This document shows positions 9,231 through 18,171 of a stretch of 64,000 bases of DNA, in pieces. The position numbers were made by a program, and so were the translations under genes. Below the pieces are notes generated by a model. The model saw nothing but the letters and a program-made list of their open reading frames with translations. It ran no database searches and was not told the origin of the DNA. Origin of the DNA: Polyangiaceae bacterium (lineage in GTDB: Bacteria; Myxococcota_A; Polyangia; Polyangiales; Polyangiaceae); contig JBILLK010000001.1 in NCBI GenBank assembly GCA_044376115.1, positions 352,001-416,000 on the forward strand, given 5' to 3'. Within the stretch, counting starts at the first letter, position 1; each line of letters opens with the position of its first letter.

Positions 9231-10703
9231 TCAGGCCTCAGACCGGGCAAATTCAGCGCTGGGGCGCTCACTCTCGAGCGGGATGACAAGCTCACTACCG
9301 ACGCGCACCAGGTGCTCTTCCAGGGCGTCGACCACCATCTGCACGAGCATCTCCGATTGCGGATTGACCTCGCCTTGCTCGCTACGCCATCTCACGCAGA
9401 CCGTGAGGGAAGCCAGCTTGAAGGTCGAGGTAGCGTCCCCAGCGGGACCTAGTTGAAGCTCCCGCACGACTTCCTGAGTCAGCGGACGACTGAGCGTAAA
9501 GTTTGAGATCTCCGCCTCTTCGCAGAACGTCTTGAGCACTCCAAAGATCTCGTTGGTGTTCGCTGCGCTACGGAGTTTCACAGGAAGCTTCGGCACCAGG
9601 CGACGAAAACGTTCTGCATCCACCGTACGCATGAACGCACGACTCTCTCTGGCGGCTCGGAAATAGTCGGCGAAACCGGCGAGCCGGACCAACGCGGCGA
9701 GCACCAGGCTCGATACCAAGAGGGCTAGGCCAACCTGCCACCAACGACCAATGTAAAGGGCAATGGCGGTGCCGGTGAACACGACGCTGACGCCGTAAAT
9801 GATGAGCACCGCCCGACGATGCGTGAGCCCCATATCGAGCAGGCGATGGTGGAGATGCCCGCGATCCGGCGAGAAGATTGAGCGGCGCTCGAGGATGCGT
9901 CGGATCATCGCCAAGAGCACGTCAAAGATGGGCACGCCAAGAGCGACGATCGGCACCAGGAGCGCAACCGGCGTGGAGGCGCGCGGCCCCCCCGCGAGCG
10001 AGGTGACGGCCAAAACAAAGCCGAGGAAATAGCTCCCAGAGTCCCCCATGAAAATGCGGGCGGGGTTGAAGTTGTGGAACAGGAAGCCAATTACGGCTCC
10101 CATGGTGGCTGCCATCAACAAGCACACCCAAACCACGTTGCCAACGTAGCCAACCGTGAAGATGGTCACGCAGGCGAAGAACACGACGCCAGCGGCCAAG
10201 CCATCCAGCCCGTCAATCAGGTTGACGGCGTTGATGATGCCGACGATCCAGAAGACAGTAATTGGCAGCGCAAAGATGCCTGTGCCCACCGTCATCGTGG
10301 TGAGCGGCAGCTGGATCGAGTCAATGCCGTAGCCACAGCCGTAGGCAAAAACCGCGACCACGGCTTGAGCGATCAACTTGTACAGCGCGCGAATGCCGCG
10401 CAGGTCATCCACGTAGCCGACCGCGCACATCACGCTGCCACCGACGAACAGTCCGAGGACCCGCTTGGCATCCCCCGTGAAGGACTCCGCGACTACCGAC
10501 TCAACGAAGAATAGGAGCAATAGTGGAGTGAAGAACGCGAGGGCGATGGCGATGCCACCGAGGCGAGGAATCACGGTCGCGTTGACGTTGCGCCCGCCTG
10601 GCTTGGAAACGGCGCCGAGTCGCAATGCAAGCCGGCTCACGAGCGGTGTGAGGATGCCCCCAACCAGCGCTGCGACCAAGAATGCCGCGACAAAGCTCCT
10701 CAT
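9231..10703 (-). CDS. wecA: Undecaprenyl-phosphate N-acetylhexosamine-1-phosphate transferase (WecA/MraY family) with C-terminal extension
   Basis: PRLGG, GYVDD, NAVNLIDGLDGL, FMGDSGS and DRGHLHHRL motifs. Confidence 0.88.
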   Translation of the reverse strand: MRSFVAAFLVAALVGGILTPLVSRLALRLGAVSKPGGRNVNATVIPRLGGIAIALAFFTPLLLLFFVESVVAESFTGDAKRVLGLFVGGSVMCAVGYVDDLRGIRALYKLIAQAVVAVFAYGCGYGIDSIQLPLTTMTVGTGIFALPITVFWIVGIINAVNLIDGLDGLAAGVVFFACVTIFTVGYVGNVVWVCLLMAATMGAVIGFLFHNFNPARIFMGDSGSYFLGFVLAVTSLAGGPRASTPVALLVPIVALGVPIFDVLLAMIRRILERRSIFSPDRGHLHHRLLDMGLTHRRAVLIIYGVSVVFTGTAIALYIGRWWQVGLALLVSSLVLAALVRLAGFADYFRAARESRAFMRTVDAERFRRLVPKLPVKLRSAANTNEIFGVLKTFCEEAEISNFTLSRPLTQEVVRELQLGPAGDATSTFKLASLTVCVRWRSEQGEVNPQSEMLVQMVVDALEEHLVRVGSELVIPLESERPSAEFARSEA

Positions 10704-10806
10704 ACCCTCGCTTGCTCCTACCAGACTTGGTTGCAGGGGTCTTCGCGGAGTTCACGCTCAAGCAAAGAGTTCGTTGACAAGCTGCGCAACGCTCGTTCAG
10801 CAGCCC

Positions 10807-12513
10807 CTATTTGTACTGATTCGAGCCGAAAACGGCTCTGAAAGTGTCAATTATGTGACGCCGATCCTGGTCCCGGAGATAGGGGTGCACCGGAATCGCC
10901 AGCACCTCCCGCGCTGCGGCCTCGGCCTCCGGAAGGAGCGGTACCTCCTGGCCCCAGTCGCTCCAAAGCTTCTGAAACACGGTGGTTCGGTGAATGGGCG
11001 CCGGGTAGTAGACCATCGACTCGATCTGATGCTGCTCAAGGTGGGCACGGAGCTTGTCGCGATGGGGGGTACGAACCACGTAGTGATGGAAGACCGACTG
11101 CTCGAGCGTTGGTAGGGTCAGCTCGCTCGTTGAGGCGATGGGGCCCAGCTCCTGTTGATAGAAGGCGGCGTTCGACCGGCGCTTCTCGGTAAGGCGGTCG
11201 AGCTCGGGCAATTTGGCGCGAAGCAACGCCGCCTGCAGAGCGTCCAAGCGGAAGTTGCCGCCCAAGAGCTCGTGGTCGTAGCGACGCTCAGCGCCGTGAT
11301 TGCGGACCGCGCGCACGCGACGCGCAAACTCCGCGTCGTTGGTCAGCACGATGCCCCCGTCACCGAGTGCGCCCAGGTTCTTGGTTGGGAAGAAGGAGAA
11401 GCAGCCAGCGAGACCGAGCGTGCCCACTACACCGTTCTCAGTTTCGGCGAAGGCCGCCTGCGCAGCGTCTTCAATCACGGGAAGGCCGTGCGCCCGCGCG
11501 ATGGCGAAGACCTCCGGGTGAACCGGCCGACCAAAGAGGTGCACCGGGAGAATGGCCTTGGTCTTGGGCGTGATTGCGGCAGCGAGCTTGGCTGGGTCGA
11601 GGTTGAAGCTGCGCGGGTCGATGTCGACGAAGACCGGCCTTGCGCCGACTCGCACGATGCAGGTGGCCGACGCAATGAACGAGAACGGCGTGGTGATGAC
11701 TTCATCCCCCGCACCCAGGCCCATCGCCATCAAGGTCGCGACGAGAGCATCACTACCGCTGGAGACGCCGATCGCATGAGCCACGCGCGCACGCGCGGCG
11801 ACCTCGTGCTCGAACGCGAGCACCTCCTCCCCGAGGATGAAGGCCCCACGGGACAAAGTGCGATCGAACGCCGACTGCAATCGCTCGCGAAAGAAGGCCA
11901 CTTCCGCTTGCACGTCGCCGATACGAATTCGCTCGGGCGGAGCGTCATCCTCGATGATGACGCAGCTGTTCTCGCTTACGTCGTAGCGTTCACCGCCCAC
12001 CGGACAGCGCACCTGGCCTGTACCAGAGAGCCGCTCGCCAGCCTTGGAGACCCAGCCAATGCGCTTAGCGGGGTTGCCTACGACCAGCGCATGATCGGGC
12101 ACGTCGCGCGTTACGACAGCGCCAGCACCGACGAAGGAATAGCGCCCAATGCGATTACCGCACACGACGACCGCACCTGCGCCAATCGTTGCGCCTGCGC
12201 CGATCACCGTCTCCGCGCGCACGCCAGAACGAAAGGCGCGCGGTCGCTCGACGTTGGTGAACACCGCGTGCGGCCCGATGAAGACACCGTCTTCAACGAC
12301 TAGACCTGCGTAGAGCGAGACGCCGTTCTGCACCCGAACGCCGTTACCGACGACGGCGCCCTCTGCGATGAAGCAGTCTTTTCCGAACGAGCAGCCTTCG
12401 CCGATCGTTGCGCCTTTCATCACGTGGCAGTGGTGCCAAAGCTTGGTGCCTTTGCCGATCGAGGCGCCGTCTTCAACGATCGCGCTGGGATGAAGGGTCA
12501 CGTCATTCATCAT
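10807..12513 (-). CDS. Fused hexapeptide-repeat N-acetyltransferase (WbpD-like) and DegT/DnrJ/EryC1/StrS aminotransferase (WbpE-like)
   Basis: N-half: HPSAIVEDGASIG, left-handed beta-helix repeats, VVGNPAKRIGW. C-half: SSGSDAL, PVHLFG, IEDAAQA, SFFPTKNLG (PLP lysine). Confidence 0.88.
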   Translation of the reverse strand: MMNDVTLHPSAIVEDGASIGKGTKLWHHCHVMKGATIGEGCSFGKDCFIAEGAVVGNGVRVQNGVSLYAGLVVEDGVFIGPHAVFTNVERPRAFRSGVRAETVIGAGATIGAGAVVVCGNRIGRYSFVGAGAVVTRDVPDHALVVGNPAKRIGWVSKAGERLSGTGQVRCPVGGERYDVSENSCVIIEDDAPPERIRIGDVQAEVAFFRERLQSAFDRTLSRGAFILGEEVLAFEHEVAARARVAHAIGVSSGSDALVATLMAMGLGAGDEVITTPFSFIASATCIVRVGARPVFVDIDPRSFNLDPAKLAAAITPKTKAILPVHLFGRPVHPEVFAIARAHGLPVIEDAAQAAFAETENGVVGTLGLAGCFSFFPTKNLGALGDGGIVLTNDAEFARRVRAVRNHGAERRYDHELLGGNFRLDALQAALLRAKLPELDRLTEKRRSNAAFYQQELGPIASTSELTLPTLEQSVFHHYVVRTPHRDKLRAHLEQHQIESMVYYPAPIHRTTVFQKLWSDWGQEVPLLPEAEAAAREVLAIPVHPYLRDQDRRHIIDTFRAVFGSNQYK

Positions 12514-13972
12514 GGTCTCTTCGGTAAAGGCAAAGCTCGCGATGGCAAAGCAAGGTCGTTGCAGGAAACGGTGGATGGCTGGTGAACGGTCCTACGAGAT
12601 GAGTTGCGCCGACGCGTTGGGCTGCGCAAAAAAAATCGCTAGGGCCGGATGATCCGTTCAAAAGTGGTCCAACCGGGCGATCGGGGAAGACCTGGCCCGG
12701 CCGCGCTGCAGCAGCTTGCACCGCGAAATGACCGAAGTCGGTGGCGCTTACGATCACTCGGTCCTGGTCGTTGATGGTGCGACCGATGGCTCGACCGACC
12801 ACGACTTCACTCTCGCGCGCGGCGAAGGCCTCTCGACGCAACACGGCCACTCGCAAGAGCGCACTGATTGCGAAGCAGCCGATAGCGTAGCCGCACGTTC
12901 GGCGCGTGAGCCGAACGATCCCGGTGCGCCAAAGGTCGACGGCGAGCCCTGCGACGATCAGCGTCAAGTACAAGTGCAGCGCGTAGATCGCGCGCTCGGA
13001 GTGATGCGTTGGGCCACCTCCGCGCAGACCAAGCAGGGTCAACAGCACGATGAACGCGCCGAAACACGCGAGCGCCAAGCGATGGGTTTGAAGGAGCTGG
13101 CTGCGCAATGGCTGTGGAGCGGCCAATAGCAAGAGCGCTCCACCGAGCAGCAGCTCGAGCTCCGCACGCCCGAAGGCGCGTAGGTATTCGAGCGCGCGCA
13201 GCGCCTGATTTGCGCCCTCCAGCGTGTTCTTGTAGTCGGCGACCACCTGCAGAAAATGGAACGCATCTCCGTACGTTCGCTGATTCCAGAGGAGCCACGC
13301 GGCGGGTCCGAGAGCGAGCAGCAGTAGGGCGGCGACTGTGCGTAGCTGCCACGACAGCGGCGCCTTACGCAGGAGCGATGCAGCGATCACGAGGCCCAGC
13401 GGAAGCCCGAGCACCCAAGCGTCATAGCGCGACAAACACGCACAAAGCATGAAGGACGACGAAAGGACGTACGCGGGTCTCGGTCCGCTCGCGTACGTGA
13501 CCGCCGCAACGACTAAGCCAGCGACCAATAGATCGGGAACCGCCGAAGCACCGAGCCGAAGACTCCAAGGAAGAACGCTCGCGAGTACAGCAGCGAGCAA
13601 TGCCTTGCTGCCGTCACCGTCGTGAACTCTGCGAGCCGCAAAGTAGACGAGCAGGCTCGCGACGACGCCGCACGCAACGCCAACGCCCTGCGCCGTGGCC
13701 AGGCTGCTTCCAAACATCCGCATCGCTAGGCCGGTGAGCCAAAACGGTAGCGGCAGCCAACTCGTCTGGCTTGGATCCTCCACGGCGACTTCGCTCGGGC
13801 TGAACCTTGGCTCGCGAGCGAAGTATTGAGCGATCACCGTGCGCGAGTAGTCGTCGTCGCTGATGCCCTCAAAACCGAGCGCGATGGTCAGAACACCAGC
13901 CAGCAATTTGAGCGCACTGAGCGGAAATACGGCCCAGGGAGTGCGCAACAACTCTAAGGCACGGCCCTTCAA
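12503..13972 (-). CDS. GT-C-type membrane glycosyltransferase (ArnT/PMT-like)
   Basis: Acidic SDDDY loop after TM1, WLPLPFW, LSRYDAW and many transmembrane helices. Confidence 0.55.
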   Translation of the reverse strand: MKGRALELLRTPWAVFPLSALKLLAGVLTIALGFEGISDDDYSRTVIAQYFAREPRFSPSEVAVEDPSQTSWLPLPFWLTGLAMRMFGSSLATAQGVGVACGVVASLLVYFAARRVHDGDGSKALLAAVLASVLPWSLRLGASAVPDLLVAGLVVAAVTYASGPRPAYVLSSSFMLCACLSRYDAWVLGLPLGLVIAASLLRKAPLSWQLRTVAALLLLALGPAAWLLWNQRTYGDAFHFLQVVADYKNTLEGANQALRALEYLRAFGRAELELLLGGALLLLAAPQPLRSQLLQTHRLALACFGAFIVLLTLLGLRGGGPTHHSERAIYALHLYLTLIVAGLAVDLWRTGIVRLTRRTCGYAIGCFAISALLRVAVLRREAFAARESEVVVGRAIGRTINDQDRVIVSATDFGHFAVQAAAARPGQVFPDRPVGPLLNGSSGPSDFFCAAQRVGATHLVGPFTSHPPFPATTLLCHRELCLYRRDHDE

Positions 13973-13983
13973 CGGGCTTCGAA

Positions 13984-14268
13984 TCAGGGAGCGGGCTCGG
14001 TCGGAGTCTCCTCGAACTCGCGCAGCGCGCGGTCACCGCCCGAGGAGATGTACGCCAAAGCCACGCTGGTCAGCATGAAGATGATGGCGCTCGCGGCCGT
14101 GAGCCGCGTCATGAAGTTGCCAGCACCGCGACCACCAAACACCTGCCCTGCCGTTGCGCCGCCCAGCCCCGCGAGGCCCCCGCCCCCTTTGCCTTGCTGC
14201 AAAAGCACGACGAGGATCAGGAAGAAGCAGACGATCACGTGCACGACGTTGAGAATCGAGTGAAGCAT
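13984..14268 (-). CDS. secG: Preprotein translocase subunit SecG
   Basis: Two TM helices, VLLQQGKGGG linker and FGGRGAGNFMTRLT. Confidence 0.95.
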   Translation of the reverse strand: MLHSILNVVHVIVCFFLILVVLLQQGKGGGGLAGLGGATAGQVFGGRGAGNFMTRLTAASAIIFMLTSVALAYISSGGDRALREFEETPTEPAP

Positions 14269-14320
14269 GGGTGCCGCGCTGGTTTACTCGGTTCGCTGGG
14301 GGAGCGCCAGCTTTGAAAGG

Positions 14321-14707
14321 TCAATTGGGGTCGGCTCCGCCTGCTCCACCGGCTCCGCCTGCTCCACCGGCTCCGCCTGCACCACCGGCTCCGCCTGCAC
14401 CACCGGCTCCGCCTGCACCACCGGCTCCGCCGTCACCACCGGCTCCGCCGTCACCACCGGCTCCGCCGTCACCACCGGCTCCGCCGTCACCACCGGCTCC
14501 GCCGTCACCACCGGCGCCTGCCTCATTTCCGCCGCCGGCGCCACCAAGCGCGTCGCGCCCGCCGGCACCACCAATCCCAGTGCCGTTCGCGCCGCCGGCT
14601 TGGCTGCCTCCGCCTGAGCCGGTCTCGTAGTCATTCGGCGGGTCTGGCTGCGGATCGAACACGCAGCCCGCGATCAGCAACATGCCTGTGAGAAGCGAAG
14701 CCTTCAT
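14321..14707 (-). CDS. Small lipoprotein with CVFDPQPDPP motif and Gly-rich repeat tail (copy 2)
   Basis: Signal peptide plus lipobox LIAGC; (GGDGGA)/(GGAGGA) repeats; ATGA overlap with the upstream paralog. Confidence 0.7.
   Translation of the reverse strand: MKASLLTGMLLIAGCVFDPQPDPPNDYETGSGGGSQAGGANGTGIGGAGGRDALGGAGGGNEAGAGGDGGAGGDGGAGGDGGAGGDGGAGGDGGAGGAGGAGGAGGAGGAGGAGGAGGAGGAGGADPN
14331..14510. repeat. 18-bp tandem repeat, 10 units, coding
   Basis: ccggctccgcctgctcca x2 (first unit begins with t), ccggctccgcctgcacca x3, ccggctccgccgtcacca x5. Confidence 0.95.
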
Positions 14708-15063
14708 TGTGATCCTCCGCTGCCACCTGCACCGCCGCTGCCACCTGCACCGCCGCTGCCGCCTGCACCGCCGCTGCCGCCTGCACCGCCGCTGCCACCA
14801 GCACCGCCGCTGCCACCCGCACCGCCCCTGCCGCCTACAGCGAGGCCACCGCCGCCACCACCAGCTCCACCAGTATCTGGAGCGCCACCAACGCCCGAAC
14901 CACCAGGAGAGTCGTTTGCGCCCGTGCCGCTGGTTTGGCCTGCGCCATCGCCTGCATTGTCAGCTCCCGGGGGATCTGGCTGCGGATCGAAGACGCACGC
15001 GCTCAGCAGGCAACCCCAAACGGCTAGCCACTTGAGTCGTGGTGATAGGGATGAGCTAAGCAT
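14704..15063 (-). CDS. Small lipoprotein with CVFDPQPDPP motif and Gly/Ser repeat tail (copy 1)
   Basis: Lipobox LLSAC followed by VFDPQPDPP and (GGSGGA) repeats; start placed at ATG 15063. Confidence 0.65.
   Translation of the reverse strand: MLSSSLSPRLKWLAVWGCLLSACVFDPQPDPPGADNAGDGAGQTSGTGANDSPGGSGVGGAPDTGGAGGGGGGLAVGGRGGAGGSGGAGGSGGAGGSGGAGGSGGAGGSGGAGGSGGSQ
14717..14824. repeat. 18-bp tandem repeat, 6 units, coding
   Basis: Consensus ccgctgccacctgcaccg with synonymous variants. Confidence 0.92.
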
Positions 15064-15088
15064 AGACAAGGTGATCCATGGTACGCGC

Positions 15089-15104
15089 AGCATGAGCCAT
15101 GCCA
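15089..15104 (-). promoter_or_regulatory. Putative sigma54 (-24/-12) promoter for the Gly-rich lipoprotein pair
   Basis: Minus strand reads TGGCATGGCTCATGCT, with GG-N10-GC spacing, about 25 nt before ATG 15063. Confidence 0.45.
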
Positions 15105-15256
15105 CAGAGTCTTTCTTCAATCCCAGCGCCAATTCGAATGAAAGCCTTCGCTCAGCCGCTTCTTCTGCGGCACTGATTGGCACAATTTCGACGCAGGCCG
15201 CCAGCTGGGCACGCGTTCTCATGGGGCTGGCCGGTCCGCCGATGCCCTTGTAAGAG

Positions 15257-15931
15257 ATGCGGGTGACTGTTGTCGATCGGCTCAATGACATCCGCTCTCG
15301 CATCCAAGCTGCTTCCAAGCGAGCTGCGTTTGACTCGCCCGTGACGCTGGTAGCGGTCTCCAAAACCCAACCAAGCTCGGCCATCCGCGAGGCCTACGCG
15401 GCTGGCCAACGAGACTTCGGCGAGAACTATGTCCAGGAGCTGGTCGCCAAAGCGAAGGAACTTTCGGACCTCGCGGACCTACGCTGGCACTTCATCGGTC
15501 ACTTGCAGCGCAACAAGGTGAAAGACGTCCTCCCGATCGCATCGCTCGTTCAAACGGTGGATCGGATCGAACTCGCGCAGGAGATCGGCAAGCGCGCGAC
15601 CAAGCCGACCGCGGTGCTGATCGAGGTGAATCTAGCTGGGGAAGAGCAAAAGGCCGGCGCTTCCGTAGCTGCGCTCCCCGAGCTGATCGCGGCGATTCGA
15701 GCGTTGCCACAGCTCGAGCTGCAGGGCCTGATGGCGGTACCGCCCGCTGCTGACGATCCGGAGCTGACCCGACCCTATTTTCGACAGCTGCGCGAGCTCG
15801 CGCGAGCGCACGAAGGAGCCGCGCCCTTCGAACTTTCGATGGGGATGTCCGGTGACTTCGAGGTGGCTGTCGAGGAAGGCGCGAGCATCGTACGGGTTGG
15901 GTCTTCGATCTTTGGGTCGCGGGTGCGATGA
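15257..15931 (+). CDS. yggS: Pyridoxal phosphate homeostasis protein
   Basis: LVAVSKT, FGENYVQE, WHFIGHLQRNK, LSMGMSGD and VRVGSSIFG. Confidence 0.96.
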   Translation: MRVTVVDRLNDIRSRIQAASKRAAFDSPVTLVAVSKTQPSSAIREAYAAGQRDFGENYVQELVAKAKELSDLADLRWHFIGHLQRNKVKDVLPIASLVQTVDRIELAQEIGKRATKPTAVLIEVNLAGEEQKAGASVAALPELIAAIRALPQLELQGLMAVPPAADDPELTRPYFRQLRELARAHEGAAPFELSMGMSGDFEVAVEEGASIVRVGSSIFGSRVR

Positions 15932-17271
15932 GCAAACGGCGGCCCGCGCCTGAGCCTGCGCCGACGCTATTCGAAGCCGCTTCGCGCGGTGGAACGGGCA
16001 CGGCGAGCAACGTACCGCTGGCCGAGCGCATGCGTCCGCGCACGCTCGAGGATCTGGTCGGCCAGGCGAAGCTGTTTGACCGTGAAGCGGCGTTCGCCAA
16101 GAGCATCGCGGCCGATCGCGTGCGCTCGATGATCCTGTGGGGACCCCCTGGCTCGGGCAAGACGACGCTGGCGAAGATCATCGCCGAGACGACGAAGGCT
16201 CGCTTCGTCGCGCTCAACGCGGTGCTCGCGGGCGTTGCCGACGTTCGAGAGGCGACACGGGCCGCGGGCGAGGCGCGTCGCTACGAAGGCAAACGCACCA
16301 TCCTCTTTCTCGATGAGATCCATCGCTTCAACAAGTCGCAGCAAGACGCGCTGCTGCCTCACGTCGAGGACGGCACCTTCACGCTGGTAGGCGCCACCAC
16401 CGAGAATCCGTCGTTCTCGGTGAACGCGCCGCTGCTCTCACGCTGCAAGGTGTTCCGCTTGAGCGGCCTCACCGACGACAACTTGGTCGAGCTGCTGCAA
16501 CGCGCCCTCACTTCGGCTCAGGGCCTCGCAGCAGAGTTTGAGGCCGATCATGAGGTGCTCTTGGCGATCGCCAAGCTCGCGCAGGGTGACGCGCGGCGCG
16601 CTCTGACCTCACTCGAGCTGTGCGCTGACATCGCGCGCGCAGAGGGCACGCGAACGATCAGCGTCGAGCAGCTGGCCGCCCAGGCGGAACACAAGACGTT
16701 GCTCTACGACAAGTCGGGCGAAGAGCATTTCAACGTGATCTCGGCGTTCATCAAGTCGATGCGAGGCAGCGATGCCAACGCTTCGATCTATTGGATGATG
16801 CGCATGGTCGAGGCCGGCGATGATCCGCTGTTCATCCTGCGCCGCATGATCATCTTCGCCTCGGAGGACATCGGCAACGCCGACCCACGAGCGCTCGAGA
16901 TCGCGATCGCGGCAGACGTAGCGTTCCGACGTTTGGGGATGCCCGAGGGCCTTTATTCGATGTCGCAGGCAGCGCTCTATCTTGCGACTGCGCCCAAGTC
17001 GAACGCGTGCAACGTGGCTTGGCACCTAGCGCAAACGGCCGTGCGAACGCACGGTGCGTTGCCGGTACCGCATCATCTTCGAAACGCGCCCACCAAGCTG
17101 ATGAAGGCCGAAGGCTATGGGGCCGGCTACCGCTACCCGCACGATGAACCGGGAGGAGTAGCGGCCGGCGCGACCTACCTTCCGGAGGAGCTCGCGCAGG
17201 AGGTCTTCTACGAGCCGACCGATCGCGGCTACGAACGCACGATCGCCGAACGGCTAAAGCGCGGCGGCTAA
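15928..17271 (+). CDS. rarA: Replication-associated recombination protein A (AAA+ ATPase)
   Basis: PLAERMRP, GPPGSGKTT, DEIHRFNKSQQD, GATTENP, FIKSMRGSD and ASEDIGNAD. Confidence 0.96.
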   Translation: MSKRRPAPEPAPTLFEAASRGGTGTASNVPLAERMRPRTLEDLVGQAKLFDREAAFAKSIAADRVRSMILWGPPGSGKTTLAKIIAETTKARFVALNAVLAGVADVREATRAAGEARRYEGKRTILFLDEIHRFNKSQQDALLPHVEDGTFTLVGATTENPSFSVNAPLLSRCKVFRLSGLTDDNLVELLQRALTSAQGLAAEFEADHEVLLAIAKLAQGDARRALTSLELCADIARAEGTRTISVEQLAAQAEHKTLLYDKSGEEHFNVISAFIKSMRGSDANASIYWMMRMVEAGDDPLFILRRMIIFASEDIGNADPRALEIAIAADVAFRRLGMPEGLYSMSQAALYLATAPKSNACNVAWHLAQTAVRTHGALPVPHHLRNAPTKLMKAEGYGAGYRYPHDEPGGVAAGATYLPEELAQEVFYEPTDRGYERTIAERLKRGG

Positions 17272-17280
17272 CGCCAAGCG

Positions 17281-17592
17281 CTAGGTGAGCCGAGCCAGCG
17301 CATCTCCGATTTCACCGAGCGCCTTCGAGTCCCCGGCGCGGCCAGCGGCCTCTTTGCCGGCTTGCAGCCACTCGCGCGCTTCATCGGGCCGCTGGGCATC
17401 GATGAGCATGGTGCCGCACATCAGGTACATCGGCACGTAGGCCGCGTCTTTGGCGCGCAGCGCTTGGAAGGTCGCCAGCGCGTCATCCACGCGCGAGAGG
17501 CCTTTGTACTCGAGCGCGAGGCAGTAGTGACCAAAGCTGTCGGCCTTGCCGTCGGCGAGCATTTTCTCGAGAAAGAGCAGACGCTTGCTCAT
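17281..17592 (-). CDS. Small TPR-repeat protein
   Basis: Helical TPR-like pattern (YCLALEY ... YVPMYLMCG ... EAREWLQAG). Confidence 0.7.
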   Translation of the reverse strand: MSKRLLFLEKMLADGKADSFGHYCLALEYKGLSRVDDALATFQALRAKDAAYVPMYLMCGTMLIDAQRPDEAREWLQAGKEAAGRAGDSKALGEIGDALARLT

Positions 17593-17595
17593 GGC

Positions 17596-18123
17596 TTACT
17601 CGCCGCTTTCTACGACGCTGATGGACGGGAGGTTGCGGTACTTCTCCGCCCAATCAAGGCCATAACCAACGACGAACTTGTCTTCGATCGTAAAGCCCAG
17701 GTAGTCGATCGGCACCTGGATGCGCGTGCGCGCCGGCTTGTGAAGCAGCGCACAAACCTTGATGCTGTTAGGCCTTCGCGTGCGGAAGAGGTCGAGCAAG
17801 TGGGCGATTGTGAGGCCCGTATCGACGATGTCTTCGACGATCAGCACGTCTTCCCCCTCGATCGGCCTGGAGAGATCTTGCGTGATCTGCACCACGCCGC
17901 TGGAGGCCGTGCCTTCACCGTAACTGCGCACACCCAGGAACTCGATGCGCATGTTGGCATCGATGGAACGCGCTAAATCCGCCGTGAAGACGAAGCTTCC
18001 CTTCAAGACGCACACCAGCACGAGATTCTTGTTGCCGTAGTCTCGCGCGATCTCCGCGCCGAGCTCGGCCACGCGCTTCTTGATCTCCTCTTCGGAGATC
18101 ATCGTGACGATTCGCTGTCCCAT
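17596..18123 (-). CDS. hpt: Hypoxanthine phosphoribosyltransferase
   Basis: VLKGSFVF, LIVEDIVDTGLT (PRPP-binding motif) and FVVGYGLD. Confidence 0.97.
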   Translation of the reverse strand: MGQRIVTMISEEEIKKRVAELGAEIARDYGNKNLVLVCVLKGSFVFTADLARSIDANMRIEFLGVRSYGEGTASSGVVQITQDLSRPIEGEDVLIVEDIVDTGLTIAHLLDLFRTRRPNSIKVCALLHKPARTRIQVPIDYLGFTIEDKFVVGYGLDWAEKYRNLPSISVVESGE

Positions 18124-18171
18124 GACTCGGGGGTTACCAAAGGGGCGGGTTCGCTGCTACACGAAAGCACC

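Noticed and set aside
10785..10801. CGCAACGCTCGTTCAGC resembling a Myxococcus-type LexA box
   Set aside because: Two mismatches to the consensus as I recall it, and it lies before wecA rather than a repair gene
11155..12303. 382-aa antisense ORF, and similar ones at 44974-45915, 56788-57660 and 52935-53726
   Set aside because: Antisense shadows of well-supported genes, expected with GC-rich codon bias
13973..13990. tRNA-Leu often found after secG
   Set aside because: Only 11 nt separate secG from the next gene; no cloverleaf seen
14267..14634. Pro-rich (PPAPPS), TTGSAV and AEPVVT repeat ORFs in other frames
   Set aside because: Shadows of the 18-bp repeat; only the Gly frame has a signal peptide, lipobox and paralog
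14331..14824. Tandem repeats as a CRISPR array
   Set aside because: No unique spacers, no cas genes, and the repeats are in-frame coding; the same applies to 53077-53184
15064..15384. N-terminal extension of ORF 14704..15384
   Set aside because: Overlaps yggS head to head and would bury the signal peptide; ORFs 21791..23395, 32594..33766, 35790..37520 and 49442..51079 were trimmed for similar reasons
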